From an uncultured Gemmatimonadaceae bacterium (GTDB lineage: Bacteria > Gemmatimonadota > Gemmatimonadetes > Gemmatimonadales > Gemmatimonadaceae): a DNA stretch of 64,000 bases. Within the stretch, counting starts at the first letter, position 1. Each line of letters starts with the position of its first letter. Location of the stretch: positions 128,001 through 192,000 of the forward strand of contig CAWJMB010000002.1 in assembly GCA_963843845.1 (NCBI GenBank). Reading direction: 5' to 3'. Of the stretch, positions 1 to 9,708 are shown piece after piece. Both the position numbers and the translations under genes were made by a program. The notes beneath the pieces were generated by a model that saw nothing but the letters and a program-made list of their open reading frames with translations, ran no database searches and was not told where the DNA came from.

Positions 1-2
1 GC

Positions 3-191
3 GCGGAGGTCGAGTTCGTCGTGCAGTCGCTGTGGGCGTCGGCGGAGGCGGTCGCCGGGTTCGCCGGCCCGCAGCCGCTGGTCGCGGTGGTGCACCCCGA
101 GGCGGCGGCGCTGCTGCTGCGGTATGACGAGACGGTCACGCACCACGTCGTGCTCGCGGCGCCCGACGGACCGCCGTCGCCCGCCGCCTGA
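3..191 (+). CDS. 3' end of antibiotic-biosynthesis-monooxygenase (ABM)-like small protein (partial)
   Basis: Frame from base 3 reads AEVEFVVQSLWASAEAVAGFAGPQPLVAVVHPEAAALLLRYDETVTHH...TGA(189-191), typical of the ABM-like 'W.S.eai..FAG....AVV' family. Confidence 0.6.
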   Translation, partial: AEVEFVVQSLWASAEAVAGFAGPQPLVAVVHPEAAALLLRYDETVTHHVVLAAPDGPPSPAA

Positions 192-223
192 CGAGAGGCA
201 CGGACGCAGCAGCGCCAGCGCTC

Positions 224-700
224 GTGGCGATTCACCTGCTTCGGCGCGATGACGCTCCTCGCCGTGCTGGCCGGATTCGGGCGCACGGACGCCGTTCCGA
301 TGACGCAGGGCCGCTTCTCGGCGCCGCTGGTGATCCACCTCCACGGGGCGCTCGCGTTCGCCTGGGTGCTGCCGTTCCTGATCCGGCCGCTTCTCGTGCG
401 GTGGGACGGTCGCGATGGCACTGACGCCTCGGGTGGGTCGGGCTCCCGCTCGCGAGTGGCGTGGCGGTGACCATGCTGCCGGCCGGCGTCGTGCAGGCCA
501 CGCGAGAGGCGCGCGCCGACGCCGGGGCCGACGGGGATCTCCTCGCTCCTCCCGCCACTGGTTTCCGGACGTGCCGCGCGCGGACATCTGGTTCACCCTC
601 GTGCTCGTCGACGTGTGGATCGTGGCGGCGCAGTGGTGTCACGACGTCCTGGGCACCCTCGGCGCGACCGGCTCCCGACGAGATCGCTGTGCGACGTGGC
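224..700 (+). pseudogene. Degraded membrane-protein gene relic
   Basis: Pieces in three frames (GFGRT..APLVIHLHGALAFAWV; H*RLGWVGLPLASGVAVTM; DIWFTLVLVDVWIVAAQWCHD) look like successive parts of one hydrophobic protein broken by frameshifts, a stop and a deletion. Confidence 0.5.
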
Positions 701-736
701 TGTGCGATGTGGCGGACGCGGGCGAGGCAGTACCGC

Positions 737-1411
737 TTACCGACGGTACTCGCGAACGACGCGCGCGTCGACGATGTAGTCGAGCCGCGGGAAGACGCGG
801 CGCAGATAGGCGTTGCCCTGCCTGCCCAACGAATCCTGCGACGGGCCCGGGAACGTCTGCCCGCCGCGCGTCCCCGAGTACTCCCAGTTCAGCGAGTCGA
901 GCACCGCGATCCCGTCGATGACGCGGCCGATCGGCGGGAAGCCGAAGCCGTTCAGCGTGTCGAGGCGCGCGTTGTCGACGAGGTTGAAGAACAGTTGCGT
1001 CGATCGGGTGTTCGCGCCGCCGCGCGCGAAGGCCAGCGTGCCGCGCACGTTCGACGTGCGCACGGTGTCGTCGGGGATGCCGGTGCCGCGCCAGGCGCGC
1101 GAGACGGCGGTGTCGCCGTGGATGCCGAACTGCGCGACGAACTTGTTGATCGTGCGGTGGAACGCGACGTCGCGGAAGAAGCCGTGCCGTACGAGTCCGT
1201 AGAAGCGGTCGGCGCCGCGCGGCGACCAGTCGCGCCGAGTGCGGACGAGCATCGTCCCTTTCGTCGTGCGGACGGCGACGTCGAAGGAGTCGGGGGCCGC
1301 GCGGAGGAACGCCGGGTCGCGCGGCGTCCTGATCGACGCCCGGTGGGCGCACGCGGCGGCGAGGAGCAGGATGCCGGCGCATGCGGCGAGGCGAACATTG
1401 GTCGGCGTCAT
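737..1411 (-). CDS. Cyclophilin-type peptidyl-prolyl isomerase, lipoprotein
   Basis: FHRTINKFVAQFG, SNVRGTLAFARGGANTRSTQLFFNL, LD..GFPPIGRV motifs; lipobox-like LAAAC. Confidence 0.9.
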   Translation of the reverse strand: MTPTNVRLAACAGILLLAAACAHRASIRTPRDPAFLRAAPDSFDVAVRTTKGTMLVRTRRDWSPRGADRFYGLVRHGFFRDVAFHRTINKFVAQFGIHGDTAVSRAWRGTGIPDDTVRTSNVRGTLAFARGGANTRSTQLFFNLVDNARLDTLNGFGFPPIGRVIDGIAVLDSLNWEYSGTRGGQTFPGPSQDSLGRQGNAYLRRVFPRLDYIVDARVVREYRR

Positions 1412-1472
1412 GCGACATTATAGCCACGACGTCCACACCCTTCTCTGCCGCGTAGACCAGTCGCACCGTTCC

Positions 1473-1883
1473 ATGCACCCCATTCGTCGCTCGTTCATCG
1501 CCGCGCTGCTGCTCTCGACCGCCGCCTGCTCCACGACCCCGCGCCCCGCGCAGCAGCTTCCTCCCGAACGCGGCGTTCGCACCGACTCGGTCGTCGTGCG
1601 CGTCGCGAACCGCGACCCGCGCCCACTCGCTCTCGCCGTCGCGCGCGAGGGGGTGCAGACGGCGCTCGGCGAGGTGGGGGCGAACGCCGACGCGCGGTTC
1701 GCGGTCCCCGCTGCCGTCGCCGCCGGCGCCCCGATCGCGCTCGTCGCGACGGCGAGCCGCGAGACGGTGCGGACGGCGCCGTTCTCCGTGCGCGCCGGGC
1801 AGGTGATCTGGTACGACATCGCCCCGGGCCTCGTCGGCAGCCGGGCGCGCGTGCGGTGGCCGGAAGAGGGGCGGCCGCGGTGA
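1473..1883 (+). CDS. Hypothetical lipoprotein
   Basis: MHPIRRSFIAALLLSTAAC signal/lipobox, good codon bias. Confidence 0.7.
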   Translation: MHPIRRSFIAALLLSTAACSTTPRPAQQLPPERGVRTDSVVVRVANRDPRPLALAVAREGVQTALGEVGANADARFAVPAAVAAGAPIALVATASRETVRTAPFSVRAGQVIWYDIAPGLVGSRARVRWPEEGRPR

Positions 1884-1941
1884 GAGCGCGTCCCTCCCCG
1901 GCAGCTCTCCCTCGGCACTTCCCCGCTCCACAGGACCACTC

Positions 1942-3333
1942 GTGACATCGTTCGACTACGACCTCGTCGTCATCGGCAGCGGACCCGCCGGTCAGAAGGG
2001 CGCCATCGCCGCGGCGAAGCTCGGCAAGCGCGTCGCGATCACCGACCGGCAGGAGATGGTCGGCGGCGTGTGTCTGCACACCGGGACGATCCCGAGCAAG
2101 ACGATGCGCGAGGCCGTGCTGTACCTGAGCGGGTTCCGGCAGCGCACGTTCTACGGCAGGGACTACGTCGTGAGCGACCGCATCGGCGCGCGCGACCTCG
2201 CGCACCGCGTCAACGCGGTCATCGGGCGCGAGACCGAGGTCGTGCGCAACCAGCTCCGCCGCAACGGCGTGACGACGCTCGCCGGCACGGTGCGCTTCGT
2301 CGACCCGCACACGCTCGAGATCGCGTCGAGCACGGGGGCGACGACGCGCGTGTCGGCCGGGCACGTGCTGATCGCCTGCGGCACCCGCGCGGCGCGCAAC
2401 GACGCGATCCCGGTCGACGGCGTGCGCGTCTTCGACGCCGATCAGGTGCCGTGCGTGCAGGAGCTGCCGCGCGAGCTCATCGTCGTCGGCGCCGGCGTCA
2501 TCGGGCTCGAGTACGCGTCGATGTTCACGGCGCTCGACATCAAGGTCACGATCATCGACCAGCGCCCGACGCTGCTCGACTTCGTCGACCGCGAGCTGAT
2601 CGAGGGCCTGCTCTATCACCTGCGCCGCCGGGGGGCGACGATGCGGCTCGGCGAGACGGTCGCGTCGGTCGGGCTCGACGAGAAGGGGCGCGTCGAGGCG
2701 GTGCTGGAGAGCGGGAAGCGGGTGCGCGGCCAGGCGCTGCTGTATGCGGTCGGCCGGCAGTCGAACAGCGACCTGCTGCACCTCGGCGCGGCCGGCCTCG
2801 CTACCGAGTCGCGCGGCCGCGTCGCGGTGAACGCGCACTTCCAGACGTCGGTGCCGCACATCTACGCGGCCGGCGACGTCATCGGCTTTCCGTCGCTCGC
2901 CTCGGCGTCCACGGAGCAGGGGCGGTTGGCGAGCGCCCACATGTTCGGCGTGCCGCACCGGCCGCTCGTCGCCGATTTATTGCCGTACGGCATCTATACC
3001 ATCCCCGAGATGTCGATGGTGGGGCGCACCGAGCAGCAGCTCACCGACGCCCGCGTGCCGTACGAGGTCGGCGTGGCGAAGTACGAGGAGCTGGCGAAGG
3101 GGCAGATCCTCGGCGACGACACGGGGATGCTGAAGCTCCTGTTCTGCCCCGACTCGCTGCGGCTGCTCGGCGTGCACGTGATCGGCGAGGGGGCGACCGA
3201 GCTGATCCACATCGGGCAGGCGGTGCTCGCGTTAGGCGGCACGATCGAGTACTTCCGCGACTCGGTGTTCAACTACCCGACGCTCGCCGAGGCGTACAAG
3301 GTCGCGGCGCTGGCGGGGCTCAACCGGCTGTAG
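1942..3333 (+). CDS. sthA: Soluble pyridine nucleotide transhydrogenase
   Basis: GSGPAG FAD motif, GGVCLHTGTIPSKTMRE, GAGVIGLEYAS, C-terminal FNYPTLAEAYKVAA..GLNRL. Confidence 0.92.
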   Translation: MTSFDYDLVVIGSGPAGQKGAIAAAKLGKRVAITDRQEMVGGVCLHTGTIPSKTMREAVLYLSGFRQRTFYGRDYVVSDRIGARDLAHRVNAVIGRETEVVRNQLRRNGVTTLAGTVRFVDPHTLEIASSTGATTRVSAGHVLIACGTRAARNDAIPVDGVRVFDADQVPCVQELPRELIVVGAGVIGLEYASMFTALDIKVTIIDQRPTLLDFVDRELIEGLLYHLRRRGATMRLGETVASVGLDEKGRVEAVLESGKRVRGQALLYAVGRQSNSDLLHLGAAGLATESRGRVAVNAHFQTSVPHIYAAGDVIGFPSLASASTEQGRLASAHMFGVPHRPLVADLLPYGIYTIPEMSMVGRTEQQLTDARVPYEVGVAKYEELAKGQILGDDTGMLKLLFCPDSLRLLGVHVIGEGATELIHIGQAVLALGGTIEYFRDSVFNYPTLAEAYKVAALAGLNRL

Positions 3334-3340
3334 CGCGACG

Positions 3341-3391
3341 CCGCGGCTCGACACCGCGGCTCGACACCGCGGCTCGACACCGCGGCGCGAC
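3341..3391. repeat. 13-bp tandem repeat CCGCGGCTCGACA, 3 copies plus a degenerate fourth
   Basis: Directly visible just after the sthA stop. Confidence 0.85.
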
Positions 3392-3491
3392 GGCTCGTCC
3401 CGCGCGACGCCCCGCCGGGACGCGGCGCGCGCATGTTGCGCGATGCGCGCGGCACGCGGCCGCGCGCGCGGCGCCCTCCGCGAGGTCCGTC

Positions 3492-4247
3492 ATGCGTCAC
3501 CCCGCTCCACGGTTCGCGGCGCGCCTGCTCGCCGCCGCGCTGCTCGCGTTTCCCGGCTGCGGCTCCGGCGCCGGGCCGACGGCGTCGCGGCCCGACGGCG
3601 GCGTGCACGTGCTGTTCGTCGGCAACAGCCTCACGTACACGAACGCGCTGCCGCGCACGCTCGCCGACCTCGCGGCGACGACGGGGGACACGATCCGCGC
3701 GGCGAGCGTCGCGTACCCGGACTTCGCGCTCGTCGACCACCTCGCGAACGGCGCCGCGGCGCGGGCGATCGCGGCGGGCGGGTGGCGCTACGTCGTGCTG
3801 CAGCAGGGGCCGTCGTCGGTGCAGGCGAACCGCGACTCGCTCGTCGACATGACGCGCCGCTTCGACGCCGCCATCCGCGCGGCGGGCGCGCGCACCGCGC
3901 TGCTCAGCGTGTGGCCGCAGACGGTGAACCTCTCGACGTTCGACCGGGCGATCGAGTCGTACCGGCTCGCGGCGGCGGCGGTGGACGGGCTCTACCTCCC
4001 CGTCGGCCTCGCCTGGCAGCTGGCGCTCGCGCGCGCGCCGGCGCCGCCGCTCTACGCGCCCGACGGGCTGCACCCGAGCCCGTTAGGCACCTACCTCGCC
4101 GCGCTCGTCATCTACGAGCGGTTCACGGGGAAGGACGCGCGGCTGCTGCCGCCGCGCGCCGTCGTCGACGGGCGCGACGTCGGGGCCGCGGAGGCGGTCG
4201 TGCGGGCGCTGCAGCAGGCGGCGCACGACGCGAACGCGGCGTCGTAG
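3492..4247 (+). CDS. SGNH/GDSL-like hydrolase lipoprotein
   Basis: VLFVGNSLTY, YVVLQQGPSS, DGLHPS motifs; signal peptide with Cys. Confidence 0.85.
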   Translation: MRHPAPRFAARLLAAALLAFPGCGSGAGPTASRPDGGVHVLFVGNSLTYTNALPRTLADLAATTGDTIRAASVAYPDFALVDHLANGAAARAIAAGGWRYVVLQQGPSSVQANRDSLVDMTRRFDAAIRAAGARTALLSVWPQTVNLSTFDRAIESYRLAAAAVDGLYLPVGLAWQLALARAPAPPLYAPDGLHPSPLGTYLAALVIYERFTGKDARLLPPRAVVDGRDVGAAEAVVRALQQAAHDANAAS

Positions 4248-4258
4248 TGAGAGAGCCT

Positions 4259-4378
4259 GTAGTGATCTGACGGAAGGAACCGAAGGAACGGAAAGAACTC
4301 GAAGGGCTGGGCAGGAGCACGTACCGAGCACTTCGGGTTCCTTCCTGTTCCTCCGGTTCCTTCCGTGAAATCCACTAC
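4259..4378. repeat. REP-like palindrome built from 9-bp GAAGGAAC(C/G) units (family A, copy 1)
   Basis: ACGGAAGGAACCGAAGGAACGGAAAGAACTCGAAG ... CTTCGGGTTCCTTCCTGTTCCTCCGGTTCCTTCCGT between convergent genes. Confidence 0.85.
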
Positions 4379-5469
4379 AGGCTTCCGTCCGGAAAGCCGA
4401 GCCGGCGCAGGAGGAGCGCGAACGCGTCGGGCGGAAGGTGGCCGCCGCTCGCCTGGTCGTGGCCGTGGCCGAAGCGGCCGTGATAGTCGCCGATCGAGCC
4501 CAGATCGATCGACTGGAGCAGCGCCGGCAGGCTCAGGTCGGTGCGCGCGGTGCGCATGCTGAACGCGATCCCGTCGGCGACGTAGCCGTCGTTCGCGGCG
4601 AGCACGGCGTGCCCCGGCAGTCGGCCGCGCCACTGCTGCGCGATGAGCGGGTGGATCTGACACGCCGAGTGCATGCGGAGCAGCGCGTATGGCCCGGTCG
4701 TGGAGAAGCGGGGCGCCGCGCGGCGCGCGACCGCGAGCGCCGCGTTCACCTCGGCGCGGTAGGCGCGCAGGCGGTCGGCGCCGCGCGCGACATCCTCGCT
4801 CACGGCGCGCGGACCGTCGACCTCCAGCAGCATGCGGAGCGGCGTCGCGACGTCGAACGCGCTCGCGCGGCGGGCCGCGTTCACGAGCACGACGGCCTCC
4901 TTGAGCCACTTCGCCGTGTAGCGGGTGCGCAGGGTGCCTAACGCCGGCCACGGCGCGCGCTCGCCGAGGTCGCTGATCGTGCCGACGGCGGCGAGCCACG
5001 CGAGGTCGTCGACGTCGGTGGTGCTCGCGAGCAGCTCGTAGGCGAGCCACGCCGAGGCGGGAATGGGGTCCCAGCCGTAGCCGGAGATCACGGTCGCGTT
5101 CTCGGTAGGCACCCCCGTCGGCCGGTGGTGGTCGACGTAGAGCGTCGGCACGTCCGGCAGCACGCCGGCCTCGTGCACGCCGAGGTCGGTGACGATCAGC
5201 GCGTCGGGGGCGAGGGCGCGGAGGCGGGCGCGCGCCTCGTCGGAGAACGCCGACTCGCCGCGCCCCGCCGGCACGACGTCGACGCGCGCGAAGCCGAGCC
5301 TCGGCAGCGCGCGGCCGAACAGCGCGCCGGCGGCGAGTCCGTCGGCGTCGTAGTGGCAGAAGACGACGACGCGGGCGTCGCGCGGGCGCGCGGCGAGGAA
5401 CGCGGCGACGCGCGCGCGGGCGTCGACGAGCGCGGTGTCGAGCGGGATCGGAGCGGGCGGTGCGGCCAT
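4375..5469 (-). CDS. DHH-family phosphoesterase (RecJ-like)
   Basis: HYDADG, TDLG, VDHH, GTISD and GH..ASGG motifs. Confidence 0.85.
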   Translation of the reverse strand: MAAPPAPIPLDTALVDARARVAAFLAARPRDARVVVFCHYDADGLAAGALFGRALPRLGFARVDVVPAGRGESAFSDEARARLRALAPDALIVTDLGVHEAGVLPDVPTLYVDHHRPTGVPTENATVISGYGWDPIPASAWLAYELLASTTDVDDLAWLAAVGTISDLGERAPWPALGTLRTRYTAKWLKEAVVLVNAARRASAFDVATPLRMLLEVDGPRAVSEDVARGADRLRAYRAEVNAALAVARRAAPRFSTTGPYALLRMHSACQIHPLIAQQWRGRLPGHAVLAANDGYVADGIAFSMRTARTDLSLPALLQSIDLGSIGDYHGRFGHGHDQASGGHLPPDAFALLLRRLGFPDGSL

Positions 5470-5499
5470 GGCCCGGCGCTGTGCCGGACTCGTGCCGCG

Positions 5500-5961
5500 T
5501 CAGCCCCCGAACTGCCGCAGGTGGTGGTCCAGGTGCTGGTACTGCAGCGCCGACCACTCGGCCGGCGTCATCGGCCCGAAGAAGAAGTGCGGCGCCGTCG
5601 TGCAGCCGCCCGGCCCGCCGGCGACGAAGCGGTCGAACGCGCCGAGCAGGCGCCTCTGCTCGGCCGCGAAGTCGCAGTCGCGCTCGTGTGTCACGAGGCT
5701 CGCGTCGGTCGGCGAGTTGCGCCGCATCGGCTGCTCGGTGCGCATCATCGACCGCTTGACGAAGCCCCCGATCAGCCGGCCGAGCCACATGCGCGGGATC
5801 GTGCGCTCGCCGAGCGAGAGCTCGACGCCGGCGGTGCAGTGAGCGAGCATCTGCGACGCGTTCATCTTCCCCCACTGACGGGGGCTGTCGGGGCGGAGGC
5901 GCTCGATGCGCGCCCGCGTCTCGTCGGCGATCGCCGGGTCGAAGAGATGTCTCATGCGCAT
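5500..5961 (-). CDS. DUF1569 (DinB-like) protein
   Basis: RQWGKMNASQMLAHC ... HFFFGPMTPAEW...QHLDHHLRQFG. Confidence 0.85.
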   Translation of the reverse strand: MRMRHLFDPAIADETRARIERLRPDSPRQWGKMNASQMLAHCTAGVELSLGERTIPRMWLGRLIGGFVKRSMMRTEQPMRRNSPTDASLVTHERDCDFAAEQRRLLGAFDRFVAGGPGGCTTAPHFFFGPMTPAEWSALQYQHLDHHLRQFGG

Positions 5962-5999
5962 AGCATCCGCGCGCGCCGGACCGCGCGCAAGGCGCCGGC

Positions 6000-6975
6000 T
6001 CAGTGCCCTGGAACGAGCAGCACCTTGCCGACCGTGCGCCGCCCCTCGAGCGCGCGGTGCGCCTCCGCCGCCTGCGCGAGCGGGTACTCGGCGCCGATCT
6101 CGACGTGCAGCGCACCGCTCGCGATCCACGCGAACAGATCGCGTGCCCGCGACTCGAGCTCGTCGCGCGTGGCGACGTAGGCGCCGAGCGTCGGGCGCGT
6201 GAGGAAGAGGCTCCCCTTGCGGTTGAGGAGCTGCGGGTCGAACGGCGGCACCGGCCCGCTCGACTGGCCGAACAGCGCGAGCAGCCCGCGCGGCCGGAGC
6301 GCGTCGAGCGAGCGCCCGAACGTGGTCGCGCCGACCGAGTCGTAGACGACGTCGACGCCGGCGCCGTTCGTCAGCCGACGCGCCTCGGCCGCGAAGTCCT
6401 GCGTCGTGTAGTCGACCGCCGCGAGCGCGCCGGTCTCCAGGACGCGACGCCGCTTGTCGGGGGTCGAGGCGGTGCCGATCACCGCGGCGCCGCGCAGCCG
6501 CGCCATCTGGCAGAGCAGGAGGCCGACGCCACCCGCGGCGGCATGCACGAGGCACGTGTGCCCCCTGCCTAACGGAAACGTCGAGTGCGTCAGGTAGTGC
6601 GCGGTGAGCCCCTGCAGCCACACCGCGGCGGCGACGCGGGTGTCGACGCCGTCGGGGATCCGCACGACGCGCTCGGCGTCGGCGACCGTGCGCTCGGCGT
6701 AGGCGCCCTTCGCGTTCTGCGTGACGACGCGGTCGCCGGGGCGGAGGTCGCGCACGCCGCCGCCGACGGCGACGACGGTGCCGGCGACCTCGGTACCGGG
6801 GACGTACGGCAGGGCGGTGGGGTACAGCCCTTCGCGCACGTAGACGTCGATGAAGTTGACGCCGACCGCCTCGACGGCGATGGAGCACCTCGGTCGCGCC
6901 GGGCGTCGGGTCGGGGCGCTCTTCGAGGGCGAGCGTCTCGGGGCCGCCGGTCGTCCGTACGTGGATCGCGTTCAT
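6000..6975 (-). CDS. qor: NADPH:quinone oxidoreductase with a single +1 frameshift near 6882
   Basis: MNAIHVRTTGGPETL...EVL then an extra C, then IAVEAVGVNFIDVY; AAAGGVG, GSLFLTRPTL, GKVLL. Confidence 0.85.
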
Positions 6976-7364
6976 CGCTCGGTCGTCGACGAGGGTGGGT
7001 GCGGCACGACGCGCACGGCGGTTCCGTAGCAGAGGACTTCGGAGACGCCGGACATGATCTCGGTCGCGTCGTAGCGGAGCGCGATGAGCGCGTTGGCGCC
7101 GAGGCTCTGCGCGTGCTCGATCGTGATCTCGAACGCGAGTCGCCGCGTCTGCTCGCACAGCTCGGTGAGCAGCGAGACCTCGCCCCCGCGCAGCTGCTGG
7201 AAGACGGCGCCGAGCGTCCCGAAGAGCGAGCGCGAGCGGACGGTGATGCCGCGGACGACGCCGTACGTCTCGATCACGTCGTATCCGTCGAGGGCGTTCG
7301 CGGTGGTCGTCTGGAACGCCGGCGCGCTCAGCGCGGCGCGGATGTCGCGCGGGACGTAGGGCAT
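6972..7364 (-). CDS. YbjQ-family (heavy-metal-binding) protein
   Basis: GVVRGITVRSRS, GANALIALRYD, EVLCYGTAV. Confidence 0.88.
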   Translation of the reverse strand: MPYVPRDIRAALSAPAFQTTTANALDGYDVIETYGVVRGITVRSRSLFGTLGAVFQQLRGGEVSLLTELCEQTRRLAFEITIEHAQSLGANALIALRYDATEIMSGVSEVLCYGTAVRVVPHPPSSTTER

Positions 7365-7385
7365 GCCCGGAATCTACGCCAGGCG

Positions 7386-7600
7386 CTAGAAGTTCATCCC
7401 GCCGGAGACGCGCAGCACCTGCCCGGTGACGTAGTTCGACTCGGGGATGCAGAACAGGTACACGCTGTTCGCCGCGTCCTCGGCGGTGCCCATGCGGCCT
7501 AGCGGGATTCGGTCATCTTCTGGATGACGCCGTCCCAGGTGACGCCGGCGTTGTTGACGATGACGTCGACGCCGCCGAATGCGTCGAGCGCGGTCTGCCG
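7386..7600 (-). pseudogene. SDR (FabG-like) relic lacking its N-terminus and catalytic core
   Basis: ALDAFGGVDVIVNNAGVTWDGVIQKMT joined out of frame to RIPLGRMGTAEDAANSVYLFC..SNYVTGQVLRVSGG; the YxxxK region is missing. Confidence 0.8.
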
Positions 7601-9012
7601 AGTCGGGGATCGGGGATGGGGGACCGGGTCGCGATCGTCGACACCGGTCCCCCATCCCCGATCCCCGCGTCCCGAACCCAGCGATCGCGATACGCCAGCG
7701 TCGCCGCGTACGATCCGCGTCCCCACTGCAACAGCATCGTGGCGAGCGACAGGCCGGTGACGAGCACGATCGTGAGCGACAGGCCGACGGCGTCGTCGCG
7801 GCGGAAGACGTAGTCGGTGAGCAGCGCGACCGCCGTCGGGCCGAGGCCGAGGCCGATGAGGTTCACGACGAAGAGATAGGACGCGGAGATCTGCGCGCGC
7901 ATGCGGTTCGGCGCGAGCTCCTGCACGACCGCGGCGGCGGCGCCGTACGGAAACGCGTTGAAGAAGTAGAGCGGCGAGAGGAGGACGGCCGCCGTCGTGC
8001 CGTTCGGCGCGAGGGCCAGCGCGACCGCGCTCGCCAGCATGCCGAGCGCGCCGACGAGGCAGGTGACGAGCTTCGCGTCCGACCGCCCGCGCCGCAGCAG
8101 CACGTCCGCGACGCGCCCGCCGGCGACGATGCCGACGGTGCCCAACACGAGGATCGACGCGCCGGAGATGACGCCCACGCGCGCCGTCGTCCATCCGTAC
8201 TGCCGCACGAACACCGTCGGGATCCACGCCATCGCCGCGTAGCCGGCGAACGAGATCATGGCGATGCCGACGTGGTGCGCGGCGAACGTGCGGCGGTTGT
8301 CGGCGACGTAGCGCATCGTCTCGCGCACCGCGAGCGGCGCGAGCGTCGCCGCGCGCCGTGGCGGCTCCCTGACGGTGCCCAACAGCAGCGCGATCAGCAG
8401 CCCCGGCAGCCCGATGACGAAGAACACCGTCTGCCACGCGTGCACCGCGCCGACGAGCGGCACGACGATCGTCGATGCCGTGGCGAGCCAGCCGATCACG
8501 AGCCCGCCGGCGATCATCGCGATCCCCGACCCGATGTAGATGCCGGCCGAGTAGACCGACAGCGCGGTGGCCAGCCGGTCGCGCGGAACGGTGTCGGCGA
8601 GCAGCGAGTATGCGGCCGGCGACAGCGCGGCCTCGCCGACGCCGACGCCGACGCGCGCGAGGAACAACCCTCCGTAGCTGCGCACGACACCGCACAGCGC
8701 GGTCATCACGCTCCACACGGCGATCCCCCACGCGATGATGCCGCGGCGGCTGCGCGCGTCGGCGAGTCGCCCGATCGGGAGGCCGAGGAAGGTGTAGAGG
8801 ATCGCGAACGAGAGCCCCATGAGCAGACTCATCGCCGTGTCGCCGATGCCGAGGTCGCGGCGGATCGGGGCGACGAGCAGGCTCATGATCTGTCGGTCGA
8901 TGAACGACGAGACGTAGGCGAGCGTCAGCACCGCGACGACGTACCACTGGTAGCGCGGCGACGCGTCTGGCGTGTCGTCGCGCGTCGTCGCGCGCGTGCT
9001 GATCTCGTTCAT
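7513..9012 (-). CDS. Spinster-like MFS transporter; 3' end reads through a palindrome
   Basis: SFIDRQIMSLL, GRLADARSRR, RVGVGVGEAALSPAAYSLLAD; about 12 hydrophobic segments. Confidence 0.9.
   Translation of the reverse strand: MNEISTRATTRDDTPDASPRYQWYVVAVLTLAYVSSFIDRQIMSLLVAPIRRDLGIGDTAMSLLMGLSFAILYTFLGLPIGRLADARSRRGIIAWGIAVWSVMTALCGVVRSYGGLFLARVGVGVGEAALSPAAYSLLADTVPRDRLATALSVYSAGIYIGSGIAMIAGGLVIGWLATASTIVVPLVGAVHAWQTVFFVIGLPGLLIALLLGTVREPPRRAATLAPLAVRETMRYVADNRRTFAAHHVGIAMISFAGYAAMAWIPTVFVRQYGWTTARVGVISGASILVLGTVGIVAGGRVADVLLRRGRSDAKLVTCLVGALGMLASAVALALAPNGTTAAVLLSPLYFFNAFPYGAAAAVVQELAPNRMRAQISASYLFVVNLIGLGLGPTAVALLTDYVFRRDDAVGLSLTIVLVTGLSLATMLLQWGRGSYAATLAYRDRWVRDAGIGDGGPVSTIATRSPIPDPRLGRPRSTHSAASTSSSTTPASPGTASSRR
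7603..7676. repeat. Heptamer (GGGGATC-type) inverted-repeat element (family C, copy 1)
   Basis: GGGGATC GGGGATG GGGGACC GG ... CCGGTCC CCCATCC CCGATCC CC. Confidence 0.8.
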
Positions 9013-9121
9013 GAGCGGCGGGTGGCCCGGCGGGCCGTACGGGTCGTTCGCGTGCAGCACGAGCGTCGGCGGCCGAACGTGCTGCACGCAATCTACGGCA
9101 GTTCGCGCCTGGCTCGAGCGT

Positions 9122-9207
9122 TCTCGACAGAAGGAACGGAAGGTACAGAAGATCTGCTCGGGTGCTCGCTTCCGTTCCCTCTGTGCCTTCCGTTCCTTCT
9201 GTCGAGA
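9122..9207. repeat. REP-like palindrome, family A copy 2
   Basis: CTCGACAGAAGGAACGGAAGGTACAGA ... TCTGTGCCTTCCGTTCCTTCTGTCGAG. Confidence 0.85.
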
Positions 9208-9372
9208 GCTACGGCAGACGCATCCGCGATTCGCTGTAGACACGGTACGACTCGCTCCCCGGCTCGTCGCTGGCGCACGGATCGCGGCGCACGAGCCTGC
9301 CCTCACGAGCGCGACGCGGCGACGGCGCGCTTATTTCACCGGTAGGCAACCCGAGTCCTGCGCCCTCCGACC

Positions 9373-9708
9373 ATGTCCAGCTACGTCGCCCGCCCCACGA
9401 AGTTCTGCCACGCCTGCGGCTCCGTCATCGACGCGATGGCGATCGTCTGCCCGCGCTGCGGCGTCGCGCAGGGTGGTACGAGTCTCATGTTCGCGCACTC
9501 CGAGAAGCGTGTGCTCCCTGCGTTTCTGCTCTGCTTCTTCCTCGGCGTGTTCGGCGCGCACCGCTTCTACGTCGGGAAGTGGGGAACGGGCGCGCTGCAG
9601 CTCGTGACGCTCGGCGGGCTCGGGCTCTGGGCCCTCGTCGACATGATCATGATCGCGACGGGCAACTTCCGCGACGAGGACGGCGAGAAGCTCACGGCGT
9701 GGACGTGA
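9373..9708 (+). CDS. TM2-domain membrane protein with N-terminal zinc ribbon
   Basis: CHACG...CPRCG; FLGVFGAHRFYVGKWGTG..TLGGLGLWALVD. Confidence 0.9.
   Translation: MSSYVARPTKFCHACGSVIDAMAIVCPRCGVAQGGTSLMFAHSEKRVLPAFLLCFFLGVFGAHRFYVGKWGTGALQLVTLGGLGLWALVDMIMIATGNFRDEDGEKLTAWT

Noticed and set aside
3341..3391. Tandem repeat as a CRISPR array
   Set aside because: 13-bp units with no spacers and no cas genes; a simple minisatellite
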